Shown here one piece after another: positions 11,608-26,153 of a stretch of DNA of 64,000 bases. Below the pieces are notes generated by a model. It was given only the letters and a program-made list of their open reading frames with translations, was not told the origin of the DNA and made no database searches. Position numbers and translations under genes: made by a program. Numbering within the stretch: position 1 is the first letter of the stretch; each line of letters begins with the position of its first letter. The DNA is from Vicugna vicugna (lineage: Eukaryota). The DNA lies in the NCBI GenBank assembly GCA_013265495.1, contig MU057719.1, positions 250,001 through 314,000 of the forward strand, read 5' to 3'.

Positions 11608-14600
11608 GGCCAGGCTCTGGCTCCGTGCAGCCGGGGGGCAGCGCCTCCCCCTACCCCTGCCATCCCCAGTGGCCTTGAGTTGAGCAAAGCATGCTTTCTC
11701 CAGCCTCAGTTTTCCTCTCCTATAAAATGGGGTCTTGGCCAGGCCCAGCTATCGCCTCCCACCACTGACACTGTCCCTGTGTGGTCTCCCCCAGAACCTG
11801 AGGCCCCAGGAGCCCTCCCCGCCAGAGCCCAGCAAGGCTTCATGGAGCAATGTCCCCAGGGCAGCACCTCCCTTCACCCCAGCAGGCTCTCCTGCAGCTC
11901 CACAAGGTGACTCTGGGAGGAGGCAGGGGCGGGGCAGATGCAGACCCCGGAGGAGGGGCTCAGCCTGGGCAGCCCGCCCCGGCACCCCGCCACGTGCCGT
12001 CAGGGGACAGACGGGGGCCCCACCAACCAGCCGCCGGCAGGGCACTGAGCCTCGGGAGGGAAGAGCAAGGCAACGGCTGCAGGGCGGCACAGGGAAGGGC
12101 GCTCCGGGGAAGGCACGGCCGCGAGCGGAGGGGGGCCAGGAGCCTTTCAGCAGCAGGAGGCTCGGCAGGACAGCTGGTCCCCCACGAGCAGGGACGGGGG
12201 CCAGGTCCGGGGCCAGGACTTCACTCCGAGGACCACGGCAGCCTGGGGGTCGAAGAGGACAGCAGGGTGGGGGCCAGCGTTTCAGAAGGCAGGAGCACTG
12301 GAGAAGGCCCTGCGCGGCCCCTGATGCCACATCACTCTGGGCTGTCACCCTACTCCCAACACGGTCCCTACAGGCAGGCAGGGAAAAGACACCATCAGGC
12401 ACACAAGACACAGGGCCCATGGCGTGGGAGAGGCCCTCCCAAGCAGGGGCATCAAGGAGGGCTTCCCGTAGGAGGGGCACCTGGGCGCAGCAGGCCAAGC
12501 AGGTACAGCAGCACTGCCACGGCCCCACCACTGGGCGCGCTCATCTGTGCCGGGAGTTGACCCAAGTTGGTCATGAATGAAGCAGGCTGAGAGCTGGGGC
12601 TCTGACTACTTTCCACCTCCCCTCGTCATGCACGATTCATGGAGAGCAAGTGGGGCAGCGAGGGGACAAGGAAACGCATGCAGCACAGTTCACTTCAGCT
12701 TCAACTGTCCTCCCCTCCTCGCCCTCCCCACTGCAGCTCCGTGTTTCACAAGTACCTTTAGGGGGCAAGCAGGCAGCCCACAGTGGCAGACACTGGAGAC
12801 AGCGACGGGGAGGCTGGGGCTGTTATCAGACACTGAATTAAGACCCTGCAGGAAGGGCCAGGCCAGGAACACAATGTCAGAGCGACAGAGATGCGCCCCC
12901 CTAGACCCGAGCCTGTGACCGTGGTCCCTGCCTGCTGGGCGACGAAGACCGGCTTCTCAACTCCAGGACCCGAGTCCCCCGGCTGGCCGAGCCCACGCCG
13001 GGCCACAAGCCCGCCAGGCACCCCCAGGACTGATGGCCCAGGACACGTGAAAACCCCATCTCCAGCTTCGGTCCAAACTGTCAGCCTCCTTCCCAGCAAC
13101 CCTCTTCCCAAGTGTCAGCTCCGAGTCACCCCAGTGGGAGCCGTTACCCTACCTGACAGGCAAGGAGACTGAGGTCCTTGCCCAAGGCCCCGCCAACACC
13201 AGGTGCTCCCTGCCGGCCTCTGGGGGCACATCCACTTCCATTTCCTCTACTGGCTGTGGTCCAGGCAGAGAGGAGCTGCCACACACGCTGGACCAAGGGC
13301 TCTAAGCCCAAGTCCGTCACCTCCTCCAGGGCGATGGGACAGCAGGCACTGCGACTGTGGGGTGGAGGGGACCTAACCCCGGGGAGGTTACACAGCAGGA
13401 AGCTAGCAGGTGAAGGGGCAGCACGGGCAGGACCCCGAGGAGGGAGCCAGCGTGGCTCCTGAGGACCGAGGGGCACCGGGCAGGCAGGAGAGATGGGCCA
13501 GGCAGCGGTGAGTGCTTCACCCTGCGGGCCCTGGGGAGCCACAGAGGACAGTGCACGGGGAAAGGGCAGTCAGGCAGGGAAGTGGGGGCTGGCCAGGAGC
13601 AGTGGGAGCCGTGGGCCACACAGTCCCACCTGACCTCCTGCTGGGAACCCAGGTGGGAACCCAGGGCTCTACTTGCCACCTTCATCAAAGAAATCTGGGC
13701 AATGGGTGCCCCGGGCTGGGGTTTTATAGAGAAACCCGGTGTCCCCCACCCTGCGGCTGCCAAGTCAGGAGCCCGGGCTTGGGCGGGGGCACCCGAATCA
13801 CAACCTCTTCCAGCAGCCGGGGCAGGAAGCTGAGCACACGGAGCCCGGGCCCCCGCCGAGCACCTGCTGCAGGCCAGGGGGAGGGAGGGAGCCAGCTCCC
13901 GCCCCCACCCCCGGACCCTACGCCGCCGCACCCTCACTCGTCAGCACTGGAAAGGACCCCTGGGGGAAAACTGAGGCCTGGGACAGGACAGGGTATGTGT
14001 CCGTGTTTGGCCACATGCCCTCCCAGGTGTGGAACAGGGACCTGCAGCGGGCAGGGACGCTGGGCTCAGGCCTGGGGACCGTCTCAAGGGGAGCAGACCC
14101 TGGAGTCAGGCTGCAGGGGCGAAGAACTAGAGTGGAGGCAGGCCAGGCCCACCAGGGGCCTCTCAGGGCTCCACTCAGCCAGGGGGGCCCCTCAGGAGAC
14201 TGCCAGCTCAGGGGGAGCGCTGAGCAGGCACGACCACCCAACTCCGGTGGGGCCGCAAGGGCTGGCAACAGGCCCGCGAGTGTCGCAGGCAGGAGGGCAC
14301 GAGGGCGCCAGGAACGTCACATCTGCTGACCAAGCCCAAGCCCCCGCCCCCACCCGACTTCGGGGAGGAAATGCTCTTTCCCACAGTTACGAAAGATCCT
14401 CTTTGCTTGAAGGAAGAGGCAAACCCAGAATCACACCATCCCACAGCTGGATGCCGCGCCTGCGGGGGCGGGGAGGCTGTTCCCCTGAGCCCACCCACCA
14501 GGACACCACCCACCTGGACACACTGAGCAGGGAAAGGCCAGTGGGTCACTCCACCCCTACAAGTCTACGTCAAGGCCCCACCTGGCAATGGGTCTCACTT

Positions 14601-14902
14601 CCTGGCCCTGAGAGATTCCTGGGCCCCAGAAGGTTCTGGAACCAGCTGCCCCTGGAACCGCCCCTCCCAGGGAAACACTTCCTTCCCAGGGACAATTCCC
14701 ACGGGGTCCCCACACTGACCAGCCCATCACTGGGTGCTCCCCCACATTCCAGGTGCTGCAGAACACCGACCCTTACAGGCCCGCCAACCTCAGAGCAAGA
14801 CAGTCCTCTCCCCCTCCGCAGAGGAGGACACGACGGTCAGAGATGCCCCCAGCCACCGCTCTTCCCTGCTCCCAGGTAAGAACTGAAGGCCTGGCCCTAC
14901 TA

Positions 14903-15055
14903 AGTTCACCCTCACGACCCCCCTGGGAGTGAGTGTCATCACCCTACTCCACAGGTGACAAAGTCTAGGCTCAGAGCGGGAGACACTGCCCCAGGTCACA
15001 CAGCTGCACAGGGCTGAGTGGGGACCTGAGCCAGGCATTAGGAGTCCGGCCTGTG
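14903..15055 (-). mobile_element. MIR SINE fragment
   Basis: CCACAGGTGACAAAGTCTAGGCTCAGAG...CTGCCCCAGGTCACACAGCT...GCTGAGTGGGGACCTGAGCCAGG is an antisense MIR core and flanks. Confidence 0.7.
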
Positions 15056-18000
15056 CAGCGCTCCAGGGCCACCCAGCCCACACGTGGCTTCCCAGGCTCC
15101 GGGAGGAGCCCCTCCTCCCAGCAGTGACAAGGCAGTGCCGCCAGCCAGATGCCCTCTGCCCACACCACCTCCGCAGGGCAGGGTGGGCGGAAATCCCATA
15201 ATCTCTGGGGCCTCTCCAAGGAGGAGGTACCCCTCACCCACCTCGGCCACAGGGCTGTGGCCTCTGATGGAGAGATTCCACACAACGCTGGCACCACACG
15301 TGCAAGCACCGCCGGGCCCCTCGAGGACCACACCACCCACGTCACTCATGCCAGGCGGAAAAGCCACCTCGGCAGCCACCTGCTGAGTCCGGCTGAGCCA
15401 GCCAGGGCAGGCAGGGCCAGCAGCGAGGCCCGCAAGCTCCTGCCTCTGCGTTCTCCACTGGCCCCTCGGGCCAGAGTCACAAACCTACCAGGTAAATCTG
15501 GGCCAGTCCAGGAAGCCCACCCAGCAGCCCCGGGGCAGCAGAGGGTCCCAGGTATCAATGGGGCTCAGAGGGATGGAGTCCAGGGTCAACCAGCCACTTG
15601 GCAGCTGCCGTTACTGTACTGTCAGCAGCTGGAGTGACCGGCACAGAGTGGGCACCACTGGGCACAGAGGGGCCCAGGCGTCCTTACCCAGCTTTTGCCG
15701 TCATCCATCCCCACTTCACCCTGGCAGGCCTCCCTGCCCCGCAGAGCCCTGCACGCTCAGGTGCCAGCAGCACACTGGGGTCCCATCCAGACTCACTTGT
15801 CCACGCTCTGACCGCCCCTCACCTGGCACATTTGTTGAGTACAGGTGAGATGGACCTTTCGGCGTGGAAAATGTCTATATCCCGTGTCCCCATCTGGGCG
15901 ACCAGCACCCTGACATCAGGACCACGTGGGTCTTCAATTCTGACCCCACGGCCCCCTGCCATGCGCTTGGGCCCAAAGCAGGCCCTGGATAAACCCTGGC
16001 CTTTGCCGTATCGGCCTGGCCTGCTCTGCCCGGCCCCTCCCGCTGCAGGCCTGGAACAGGTGGCACGGTGCAGTTCCGAGCCCGGGCTCCAGGGCCCGCA
16101 CAGCTGTGGGGCCTGGGGCAGCGGCTGCCTGGCCCTCTGCACCTCGATCTCCTCGTCTACACAGCACCTGGGACGGCTCGCCCCAAGCCTACAGTCTGCG
16201 TGGCCCTAAGCATCGGCTCGGGCTCTGAGCCCGGTCCTCGCCTGCACACGCAGTGCCGCGGGATGGGCACAGGCCGGCACCTGGCCGCTTGGCGCACTGC
16301 AGCCCCTGGCCCTCCACCCGAACCCCAGCCCCACTCAGGCCTAGGGGCCACGGCGGGCCTGGTGCGTTCTCTGGCCTGACCCGAAAAGTCAAGACCCCTT
16401 GTCCACCGAGTGCCGGCATGAGGCCCGGCTGTGCTCGTGCAGGCGAGGGCCCCACCCCGCCCCAGGCCTGGCCATAAGCCCTTGGGTTTCCATGTCCCCC
16501 ACAGCCAGCAGCAGCCATCGCAGGAAGACGTCGCCTAGTCAGGCCCTCCAACAACCCCGCTTCGCCAGCCCCGCAGCATGGCTGGTCACTCAGTGGGTCA
16601 GGCCAGGGCCCTGGGTAGATGCAGTCTGAGCGAGGTCACGTCCAGCCTGGCCCTGGGTGCTGCCCGACCAGGTCCGGGACAGAAACGCTGAGTATTTATT
16701 TACTGTCATGTCCCCCACCCACCCCTCCCAGCAGATGCACACACACCAATCACCCCTTCTCCTCTTTCATGACCACCCCAACCTTGGTCTCCAGCAGAGA
16801 ATCAGAGGAGAGTGTGGGGACCTGAGTCGTGTACCGAGGCCACACCCCCGGCCACCACCCACTCCCACGATTGGTCCCAGGGGATGAACAGGAGCCACCC
16901 TGCACTACCAGGGAGAGGGTGAGCTCCCCGTCACCGGGTGTGTGCAAGCCAAGCTGCCCAACTCCGGTCTCGCACACGCGCGCCTTCCCTGCAGCCCCCA
17001 GCCTGGGCCAGGAAGCCGGGTGGAGACTGGAGGGCGGGGGCCTATCTAACCCAGAGTTGCTAAAAAGAGCCAACAGGGAAGTAAAAATAGGAAATAAAAA
17101 TAAAATTGCTCCAGCCAGCCCTGGTTGTTTGTGTAGGAAGCACTGTATCTCGCCGCCCAGCACCCAGCCCAACGGGGCAGGCTCAGCTCCGGGCCCCTCC
17201 CAGACAAGGAATGTCTACCCCCTCCTCCGGCTGCCCCGGGGCTTCAACTATGCACCCTGGTCAGGAAGCGCCTCAGCCTTCCTGACTCGAGGGAGAGACC
17301 TCGAGAGCCCGGGGCCAGTCAGCTCTGCAGCCGAGTCGTGTGACCCTGGGCAAGGAGCTGGGCTCCAGCACGAGGCTACGGCATCACCAGCCATGACCTC
17401 ACTCAGGCCTGCCACACACCTCTCTCTGCCAGGGCCCCTCCAGGATCCTCCCTGTCCAAACACTCCCTCTGCCCCAGAGTGGGCAGCAGGAGATAAGGGC
17501 CCCAGACTTCAGTAAGAGACCCAGCCTGGCTCTCCAAGCAGCTCAGACCCCAATTTCCTCATCTACACAATCAGAGGAAGCCTTCTTTCCTATCCTTTCC
17601 GGTTGGTCCCTTACAGGGTTGGCATTAGGCTCATTCACACTAAAGTGTGCATGACTGACCCTGGCTTCAAGACTGGCTTGTTCTCCCAGGGCGTAGCCTC
17701 CCCAGAAGAGATCCTGGAGCTGAGACACCCCATCCAGAGGGACAGGGAAGGCCACTGAGGCCAGGCTGCGGCTCACACATCCCAGCACCCCGGCCCTTGG
17801 CAGCGTGAAGACTGTCCATCCACTACCGGCTTCATTCGGGAAGGCACTTGCTGGGTCAGTGCTCAGCAACTAGTTGAGCCACCGAGGGCACCCACTGAAA
17901 GGGCTGCAGACCGTGAATGACGCTGCCACAGCCCGGGCCTGGGGCCATGGGACGTGTGCCGTGGATGAGCCACACCAGGCCACCACGTACCTCTTCAGAG

Positions 18001-18824
18001 TGTCCTCGTCCCTCCCAGGGGCCCCGTCAGTGCCTGCCAAGAGATCTATAGTTCATCGAACCCCTTGCCAAGCCCTGGGAACTGGGGTAAGCTCTAGGGG
18101 ACTGGCCAGGGAGGTCTGGGGTGATAGCAATCATCTGAGCCAGCACCGGCAGTCCCCAAACAGCCCGAGGTCTTCCTGGAACACACAACTGCTCTCAGCC
18201 TGCTCCACGCTCCAGCCCCAGGAGGAAGCCCCAAATCCTCCTGCAGCTCGCTTACCCCTCGGCCTCCCTGCACTTCTGAGCACACTGGGCTCCCTGCACA
18301 CACCCCGCCCCAGCACCTGCCCACTTCCCACCTCCAACCTGGGCCTGCCTGTGCTGGACCCACGGAGCACACACCCTCACGCCCACATAGGCTCAAACAC
18401 CATCCACACAGAGGCCCGCATACGTGCACCCTGGCTCTGGAACCCGGCCACAGGAGTGACCCTGCCTGCTCTCTGTGCCCCACACATGGTTCTGGCTCCA
18501 AGTCCTCAAGGAGGGTCTGGGGAGGATGGAGGGCCCAAGGGCGGGGAGCGGAGAGGAGCAGGCATGCCCTCCCCTCCCAGCCCTAGCCTTTCTGTCCAGC
18601 CCCTCCAGCCCACAGACCTGCTGAGCTGGCCCGAGAGCCCGAGGTGCAGGCCCCACGGGTGAGAGCAGAGGGTAAGAAGGCAGGCCCTGGGCCTTCTGGC
18701 CTCCAGGTCCTAGGAGCTGAGCCCAAGGTCAGAGACTCCAGTGGCGGCCAGTGGGCACCCAGCACCAAGAGAAGGGCCTAGACGGTAAGGGAGATGATGA
18801 CACTGACAACATTCATCCCCAAAA

Positions 18825-18937
18825 CTGGAGTGGAGTTGGGGGCTGGGGGCGTCCAGGGCCAGCCCCCCAGAGGGACCAAGGCTGGAGCGGGGTGGGAGCT
18901 TGGGGCGTGCAGGGCCAGCCCCCAAGAGGGACCAAGG
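18825..18937. repeat. diverged ~56-bp tandem duplication (2 copies)
   Basis: GGGGCGTCCAGGGCCAGCCCCCCAGAGGGACCAAGG (from 18846) recurs as GGGGCGTGCAGGGCCAGCCCCCAAGAGGGACCAAGG (from 18902), with similar upstream TGGAG..GGG..GCT. Confidence 0.85.
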
Positions 18938-20477
18938 GTCAGCAGGGGAGGGAGGTCCGGGGCAGGCCATCCCTAGAGCCCTGGAGGGATTTCCCTGGGA
19001 GCCCCAGGCCCCTGCGTGGCCCACTCACTCCCCCGAGGCCGTGATGCCCCTGGCCCCCTCCCCTGGCCCAGGGGGCCGGGCTGAGCGCAGGACCTGGCCT
19101 CACTGCAGGGCTGAAGTGATGGCAAGGGGGTGGGGGGCACTGACTGCCCCCTCTGATAACGAGCCCCATGGCTTATCAGCCACGTCCAGGACCAGCGTGG
19201 GCTCAGGAGCCAGCCCCTCCCCCTCTCCATTAGCTGGCCACGAGAGCATCCCCAAGGCCCAGCGCAGGAGACGCAATAACTGTCCACAAGCAGATAAGTC
19301 TCGGCGACACGCTGCGGGCAGGGAGGTCGCCGCGGCTGGGGAGACGCACGCGGGGAGCACGGCCCTCCCGAGAGCTGCAGTTTCGAGGGCACCAGGAGAC
19401 ACAACCTCGTCCCGTGACCCTGGGATGGAGGCGGGGAGGATGCCAGCCAGGGTGGGAGGAGCACCACCTGGGCTGGGGGCCAGTCAGCCTCGAACCAGAG
19501 CTGCCCGTGGTCCTGCAGCCAGAAGGACTCAGATCGCACCCGGCATGAGATGGCCATGGGTACCACACGTTTTCTTTTTATAAATCCCTTCCCACGCCAG
19601 CCACGGGAGCCAGAAGTAAGTCAGCAGGGATTGAAGGCCCAGCAGTGGCCCGTCCCAGGCCAGGGGCCGTGCCCCGACATCTGCCCACCCTCCAGACTGA
19701 GAGCGAGGCCCAGAGAGGCCCGGGACACCCCAGGCTGTGCTCTGCGCTTTGCCTGCAGCATCTCCCGTAGTCTCGGGTGCCCAAGGGTGCTGGGCTACCG
19801 TGAGCCCCGTCTGCAGTTTCGGCGCTGACTCGGGGCCCAAGCCAGGCCACAGTGGCCTAAGGCCGTGCCCCTGACTGCCCAGCTGCCTGCGTCCAGGAGG
19901 CAGCGGCCCATGTGACAGGCCGCATCCCACACCAAAGTCCTGATGGGCCCCGCCCCCTCCATGGTTTTCCTCACCCTTCCCGGTGCTCAGGCCAAGTGCC
20001 CTGGACGGCTTCCGCCTGGTTACCACTCTCCTGCCCTGCCCTCCACCCCAACTTCTCTCACAGCAGCAGGGCCCCCTACCAAGCACAGTCCAGGCGCCAA
20101 CCCTCCCGGGACCCCCCAGCAGCTCCACCTACCCGAGGCAGAAGTCCCGGAGCCGTCTCCATGCTCTCTAATTCCATCTCTACCCTTTCCCCTCACTGCC
20201 CGCAGCTCATCACAGGCAGATTCAAGAAGCTCTGAGGAGGCCGCACCCAGACAAAGCTAACGTGCAGATCTGAGGACGCAGAAACTGACTTCTCCCAGGC
20301 AAACTCTTATGCATCCTCCATGACCCAATTCAGAGTGCCCAACCCCCTAAACACTAAGGCAAGCTGTGCCCTTCAGTGCCAGTATGTCCTACCACCACCA
20401 CTCATACCATCTCCTCCCTCACACCAAAGGCAGGCATGACCACGTGGGTCAACCTCAGCTCCAGATTCACTACAAGC

Positions 20478-20593
20478 CCCGCTTCACAGATAAGAAAACT
20501 GAGGCCCAGAGAGGTTTTAAAACTCTGGTCCAAGGTGACACAAGTGGTGGTACTGGGGCCCGTCCCAGTCCATCTTGACCCCAAGTACCACTC
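20478..20593 (-). mobile_element. MIR SINE fragment
   Basis: TTCACAGATAAGAAAACTGAGGCCCAGAGAGG...TCCAAGGTGACACA is an antisense MIR core. Confidence 0.8.
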
Positions 20594-21472
20594 ACCATCT
20601 TGAGAGCTGGGCTTCACTCAATTCTGCCACCCAGGAGTCTGCAGACAGACAGCCAGTCAGACGGACCGATGAGTAGACAGCAAGCTGGCAGGTCTGCTCT
20701 GAACCTCTCGGCCAGGCTTTGATTTCCACCGTCTCCCACCCTCACCAGCCAAGTTTCAACAAGACGTGCTGAGCAGCAGAGGAAGGAACAGGGTGTCAAC
20801 ACGGGCAGTCACCTAGGGCTGATGGGCCCGACTCTGCATCTGAGCACTGAGTCCAGGGGAAGCCTTCTGTCCAGCAGCAGGTGGCAGTTGCGTCTAAAGC
20901 AAGCAGAGTCGAGGGTCGGGGCTCATCATGGGCGGGAACACGCTCGTTCACATACCTGGCCTCGGGCTCCCTTGAGGGCTCCCAGGGCCCCCAGCTGCAA
21001 GCATGGGCCCAGAAACCTCCAGGGCAGGGCCCCCGCCTCTCCCTGCTCCCCTCCCAGGAATCAGCACCAGGGCAGACACACAGCAGGACTTCCCTCCCTT
21101 GAAAGTTGGGGAGGACCCCCAGAAAGAGAGTGATTGAAATAATGATCGTTTTAAAAGTCAGCTTCACACGGGGTGGGCTCACCCCTACAGCGTCCCTGAA
21201 GTGAAGGGGGCGGGAGAGACACTTGCAGAAAGCACTGGAAAGCACTGATTCAGTCAACAAACATCTTCCGAGGCTGGTGTGGTGCCAGCGCCATGCGCCG
21301 TGCGCCCAGCAGCAAACGAGACCTATGAGCCAAGCCCATGGGTGAGCAGGGGCTCCGTGGCCTTGGGGCCCCAGGGGGAAACGGGCTGCACTCCCAGAGG
21401 TGTCTGCCGGCGTCCCGGCCGGAGCCGCAGCATGCCATCGGGCACTTCCCACCTCCAGCCCGGCCCCACATC

Positions 21473-21560
21473 TCTCCATTTCACAAGTGAGGAAACCGAG
21501 ATAAACGGAGGAAGTAACGTGCTCCAAGCCATGAAGTTTACGTGGCAGAGCCAGAACGGT
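21473..21560 (-). mobile_element. MIR SINE fragment
   Basis: CTCCATTTCACAAGTGAGGAAACCGAG...AAGTAACGTGCTCCAAGCC...GTGGCAGAGCCAG. Confidence 0.7.
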
Positions 21561-24500
21561 TCAGGCCAGTGGCCCTGAGCATGCCCCCGTCCCCCGGGCA
21601 GCAGTCTCCCCGGAGTCCCAGCCCCGGAGCGGGAGGCTGCTGCCCCTGACCTTGCACCCAGGGCAACAGGGCGGGGAGGGCGAAGGCCCCGCTCCCATCC
21701 CCACTGCCCTCGCCTCTCCAGCCAGGCCCGGAGCTGCCCCGCCCCAGGCCGTGGCCCGCCTCACCACTGTCTGGGCCCAGAGCAGCCAGGCACCCAGTGT
21801 CCAAGGCCCCCACCTCCCAGCCCTCCTCCCGACCTTGATCCTGGGCAGAAAGTCCAGGAGCAGAGGTGGGGCGGGGGCAGCTCTGCCACCTCCCGCGGAC
21901 TCTGCCCCCAATCACTGCTGTTTTCCTCAGTTCAGGCGAGGAGAGGGTGAGGAGCCACCAGACAGCCCAGCACCCAGGCAGGAGGCTCCGGGGCAAAAGA
22001 CGCCTGGTGCGACCCACAAGGAGGGGCACAGGCCAAGGCGAGGGACCACAGGACGGACCAGACAGGGTGCGGGTGGGGGAAAGGCCCTCAGCCCAGCGAC
22101 GGCCACTCCCCCAGGAGCGGAGATCCAAGCTGCTATAAGAACACGTGCTGGGTCAGCGTGGGTCATGCCCTAGACCAGAACATTCCAGGCCCGGGAAGCA
22201 GAGGGGACATCAGGCGGCAGAAAACGGCTCCGAGGGGCTGCCCGCAGCCGGCCGGGGGCTGCCAGGCCACAGCCAGGCCACTCCCAGTCTCACCACCTCC
22301 CAAGGTTAATTATTCCCAGACCAGCTGACCGCACCCCCACGCTCACAGGTTCCTCACCAACACAGGCCGGTGGCCCAGCCAGCAAGGCGCAAGCCAGAGG
22401 AGCCCGGCCGCGCAGTCAGATCCGCCCCAGCCCTCCAGGCAGGACCCCGACCCATGCCCACGTGGGCGCCCCCTCCACGCCCTCGGCTGGTGCCAGAGCT
22501 CTCTGGCAAGGATCCACTCGTTCTCTCTGCCTTGACTCCCTCCCCACAGCCCACCCAGCAAATTCCTACTGCTCCCTAAAAACCTAACGTCACCTCCTCT
22601 TTGAAGCCTCCCTGATTTCCCCGGGCAGTTTACAGGTGAGGCAACTCTGGCCCAGAAAGATAACCTCCCCCAGCCCAGGGCCACGTAGCCCCCAGCTCAG
22701 GGCTGGCACTCATTCAACACACAGGGCAGGTTTTCCCACTAGCAAGCTTTTAACACAGAAAGCCACAGAGCAGAGCGGACGGTGCCTGATGAGGCCAGAG
22801 AGGCTTCAGGGCCACGTGACACCGAGCAGAGGCCCAGCCTCCACACTGGGGCAACAGGGGGCCGTGGAGAATCCAGAGAGGGGATGTCAGAGCCCCAGGA
22901 GGGAAGGGGCCGGCCTGGCCACGGGGTGCAGCATCTGTCCCTTCTCTGCCCACCACCCCTTCGTAACGACCCGTCTCCCCGCTGCCTGTGCCCCCCCACA
23001 CAGTGTCTCATTGTGACACTCAGCTGAAGAGCAGAGCTTGGCCAGCTCAGGGATCATATACCCCGCCCCAGCCGACTTCCTAGCTCCCACCCACCTCTCC
23101 CCCACACCCAAGGTCCTACCCCCTCAAAAGGAGGAGGGCACAGAGCCATTCCCTGAGGAGCTGGTCCCCAGCTGTGCCGCCCCAATCGCATGGCCACCAG
23201 CTCGTGGGAACGAGGCCAAGAGAGGGAGGAGCAGAGGTTCCAGCAGCCAGAGGGCCCCAGGGAAATCGAGACCCGCGGGGTAGAAGGGACCTGCCCAAGC
23301 GTGCAGCAAGCTGGGTCAGAGAGCAAACTGGACCGTCCACCCCACCCCGGGCTGCACCCCCGCACTGGACGGGCTCTCCTGCTCCACAGAGGCAGGGGTG
23401 TGACCAGACGCCCACCCAGGCAGGGCAACACAAAGGGGTTCAGGGGACCCCCCAAGAGCTCAACCATGCAGACATCTCCTGGGAGCAGCAGTGACAGCCT
23501 CCACTGAGGGCACCGCAAAGCTGCTCCGGACGAAGCCCGGTCGCGGGGGCACACAGCAGGCACTGACTGTCTCTGGGAAGGACCCCCACTGCAGCCTGGA
23601 CCCCGGAGTGGCCTTCCGGGCCCTCCCAGCCAGGGTGCCCTGGGGGCGTCACTCAAGCTCCCCAAGCCTGAAGCCCTCATCAAAAGGGGAGACACGGTCG
23701 CCCCACCTCGCGGCCTGTCCATGGGGAGGGCAGAGCACAGGGTGGCTCAGCACAGGCCACGGCCGCGGCCCCCGCTGACCGACGCAGCCCAGCGCCTGGC
23801 CAGCCTCTGCGGGGCAAACGGTCAGCAAGGCAGGTGCTCTGGACACAAGGCCTGGGTTTCCCGGAGAGCAGGGGCCAGACTGGCCCTCCAGCCCCTCGGC
23901 AGGGCCCTGGGTACATCCTCATGGTGTGGGGTGAGCTGTCACTGACGGTCAGTCGTGGGGTCACCTCCATCCCACTCCTCAATCCCTGGACACCACGCTG
24001 GGCCGCAGGGGTGCACATGTTTCAGACCGGCCAGCAGGCTGACAGCCTGCGCTGGCCAGGCACCTGCTCTACCAGGACGGACCAAGCCCGCCCGCCCTGT
24101 GCCCTCACTCGGCTGACCCTCCATGTCCCTACGAGGCCATGCCGCTACCCCAAGTGTAAGTGAAAAGCGGAGACAGTGTGGAACCCAGGCAGCCCGGCAC
24201 CCAGCCCCGAACCGTGCCAACTGCCCCGTGTCCACACGGCACAGGGACAGCCCGGCTGGCTCTGGCTGGGGAAAGCATGCAGGCTTCCAGAGGACACAGT
24301 CCCACAGACAGGTAGGGAGGGGATGGGGACAGGGAGCTCCAGGTGGAGGCTCAGGGCCAGCTGCCCAACGGCACCTGCCCCAGCGGGCTTGGCAGAAGGC
24401 AGCTGTCCGTCGGGAGCCTGTGAGCAAGGCGACTCCGCCACCTGGGCTGTCACCACCTGACCTCTGCCGGGGGCCAGTGCGGACACTTAAGCTAAATTGG

Positions 24501-26006
24501 CCAATTATGGGCTACTTAGATCCCTCCCCGGGGCTCCCAGCCTCCCTGGTTCAGGGCGGCAGCACAGGGAAGCCTGTTGAATCAGTAACCTCGTTACAGC
24601 CCGGCCGCCACACCCGGCCGGCTTTGAGCTCCGCGGGGTTCATCCACGGCCGCTGCAGGATTCACTCACGGCTGGCCCGGGCCCAGCTCGCTCTGCCCTT
24701 GCCCCCTGCCCTCCGTGCCGGAGGCTCCGGGCTCAGGGCTGCCGCAGCCTCTGCAGGGACCCTTCACGCCGGCACCCTGGGCACGACCAGGGAAACCGGG
24801 GCACAGCTAGAAACCACTACTGCTCAGATGGGCCCACAGAGGCACAGGGAGGCCAGGGCCAGGCTCTGGGCCCCCAGGAAGCAGACCAAGGGCTCCCCTT
24901 GCGTCCCCAGCCGCAGCTGACAGTGCTGACAGCACCTGGCTCAGGAACTCAGAGCCACGGGCCAGCCGTGACCATCTCAGGAGGGAGGACCCCGAGGTAT
25001 CAGTTCACATCAAGGGCCTCAGTGGCTCCAGCCCACCAAAGGCCTTCAGTATCCCATTTCCCCAGCACCCAGGGCTGGTCCCCATCTTGGCCCTCGAGTC
25101 CCTGCCCTGCCCCCCAGGAGGCCCAGTCACCCTGCTGCCCAAGGACAGCCCATCCCCCAGCTTCATTTGGTGCTCTGCTCAGACACGTCCTTCCAGGACT
25201 GGGCTCAGGCCCCCTCGATCTCCAGGCTGTTCCATCACCTTTCCCAGACACCCCAGGCCACGTCGCTGAAGCCACTGGCACGCCAGGCCCTGGGGCGTCT
25301 CAGTTCATGTGCGGGGTGCACCTGAGGTGGAGAGCATGTCCCCAGGGACAGGCTAGGGGCCCCAGGACCAGGAAGGGGAGAGGCGGCAGGAGGAAACCGA
25401 GGGCTCCTGCCCCAGCCCCGCACTCAGGAAAGGTAGCGCTCCCCAGCCCAGGGTCCCAGCAGCCTAGCCCGACTTCCCAGGAAGCCATCTGGAGTCCCAG
25501 CCCCCAGCCCAGGCTACCGCACTGAGTGACCCAGCCAGGGCCCACTCACAGGAGCACCGGCCACGTTGGGCTCCAAGCCCACCGAGGACCCTTCGTCCTC
25601 CAGCCCAGCCTCCACACAGAGCTGGAGGCCCCGTTCCAATGGTGCACACCGGACCCCGCGGCCCCGGCTGGCCGCCGGTCTCTCCAGCCCCCTCACAAAG
25701 GACCTCCTCTCCCAGCCCCAGCCACACCGGCCTCGGGGCCAGGCCTCTGGGCCTCTGTCTCAGCTGACCCTCCCCCGGGGACCCTCCCCCCACCTGTTGC
25801 AATCCCGCCTTTCCTTCAGAGTCCACGCCAGAACCGGCTCCAGCAGGAAGCCTGCACCACCTCCAGGGCTCACGCCCACCTCCGTGGGGCAGCAGGCGCA
25901 GGCCAGCGGGAGTGCCCGAGGCACCGGGTGCACGGAGCCGCCAGCAGGCCTGAGTCCTGCTACGGAAGAGCCTCGAGACTGTCAGAAGCACCAGCCGGGC
26001 CAGGCC

Positions 26007-26153
26007 CGTGCACGAGTACATGCGCGTGTGAGCGCATGCACGCGTGGCTGTGCGTGCCCAGGTACACATGCTTGTGCGTACCCGTGTGTGCACCTGTGTG
26101 CGTGTGCATGTGTAGTCACATGCCTGTGCACGCATGTGTGCGTGTGCACACAC
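26007..26153. repeat. degenerate (TG/CG/CA)n low-complexity tract
   Basis: ~145 bp of mostly alternating purine-pyrimidine sequence (GTGCAC, CATGCGCGTGTG, GTGTGCATGTG...). Confidence 0.85.
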
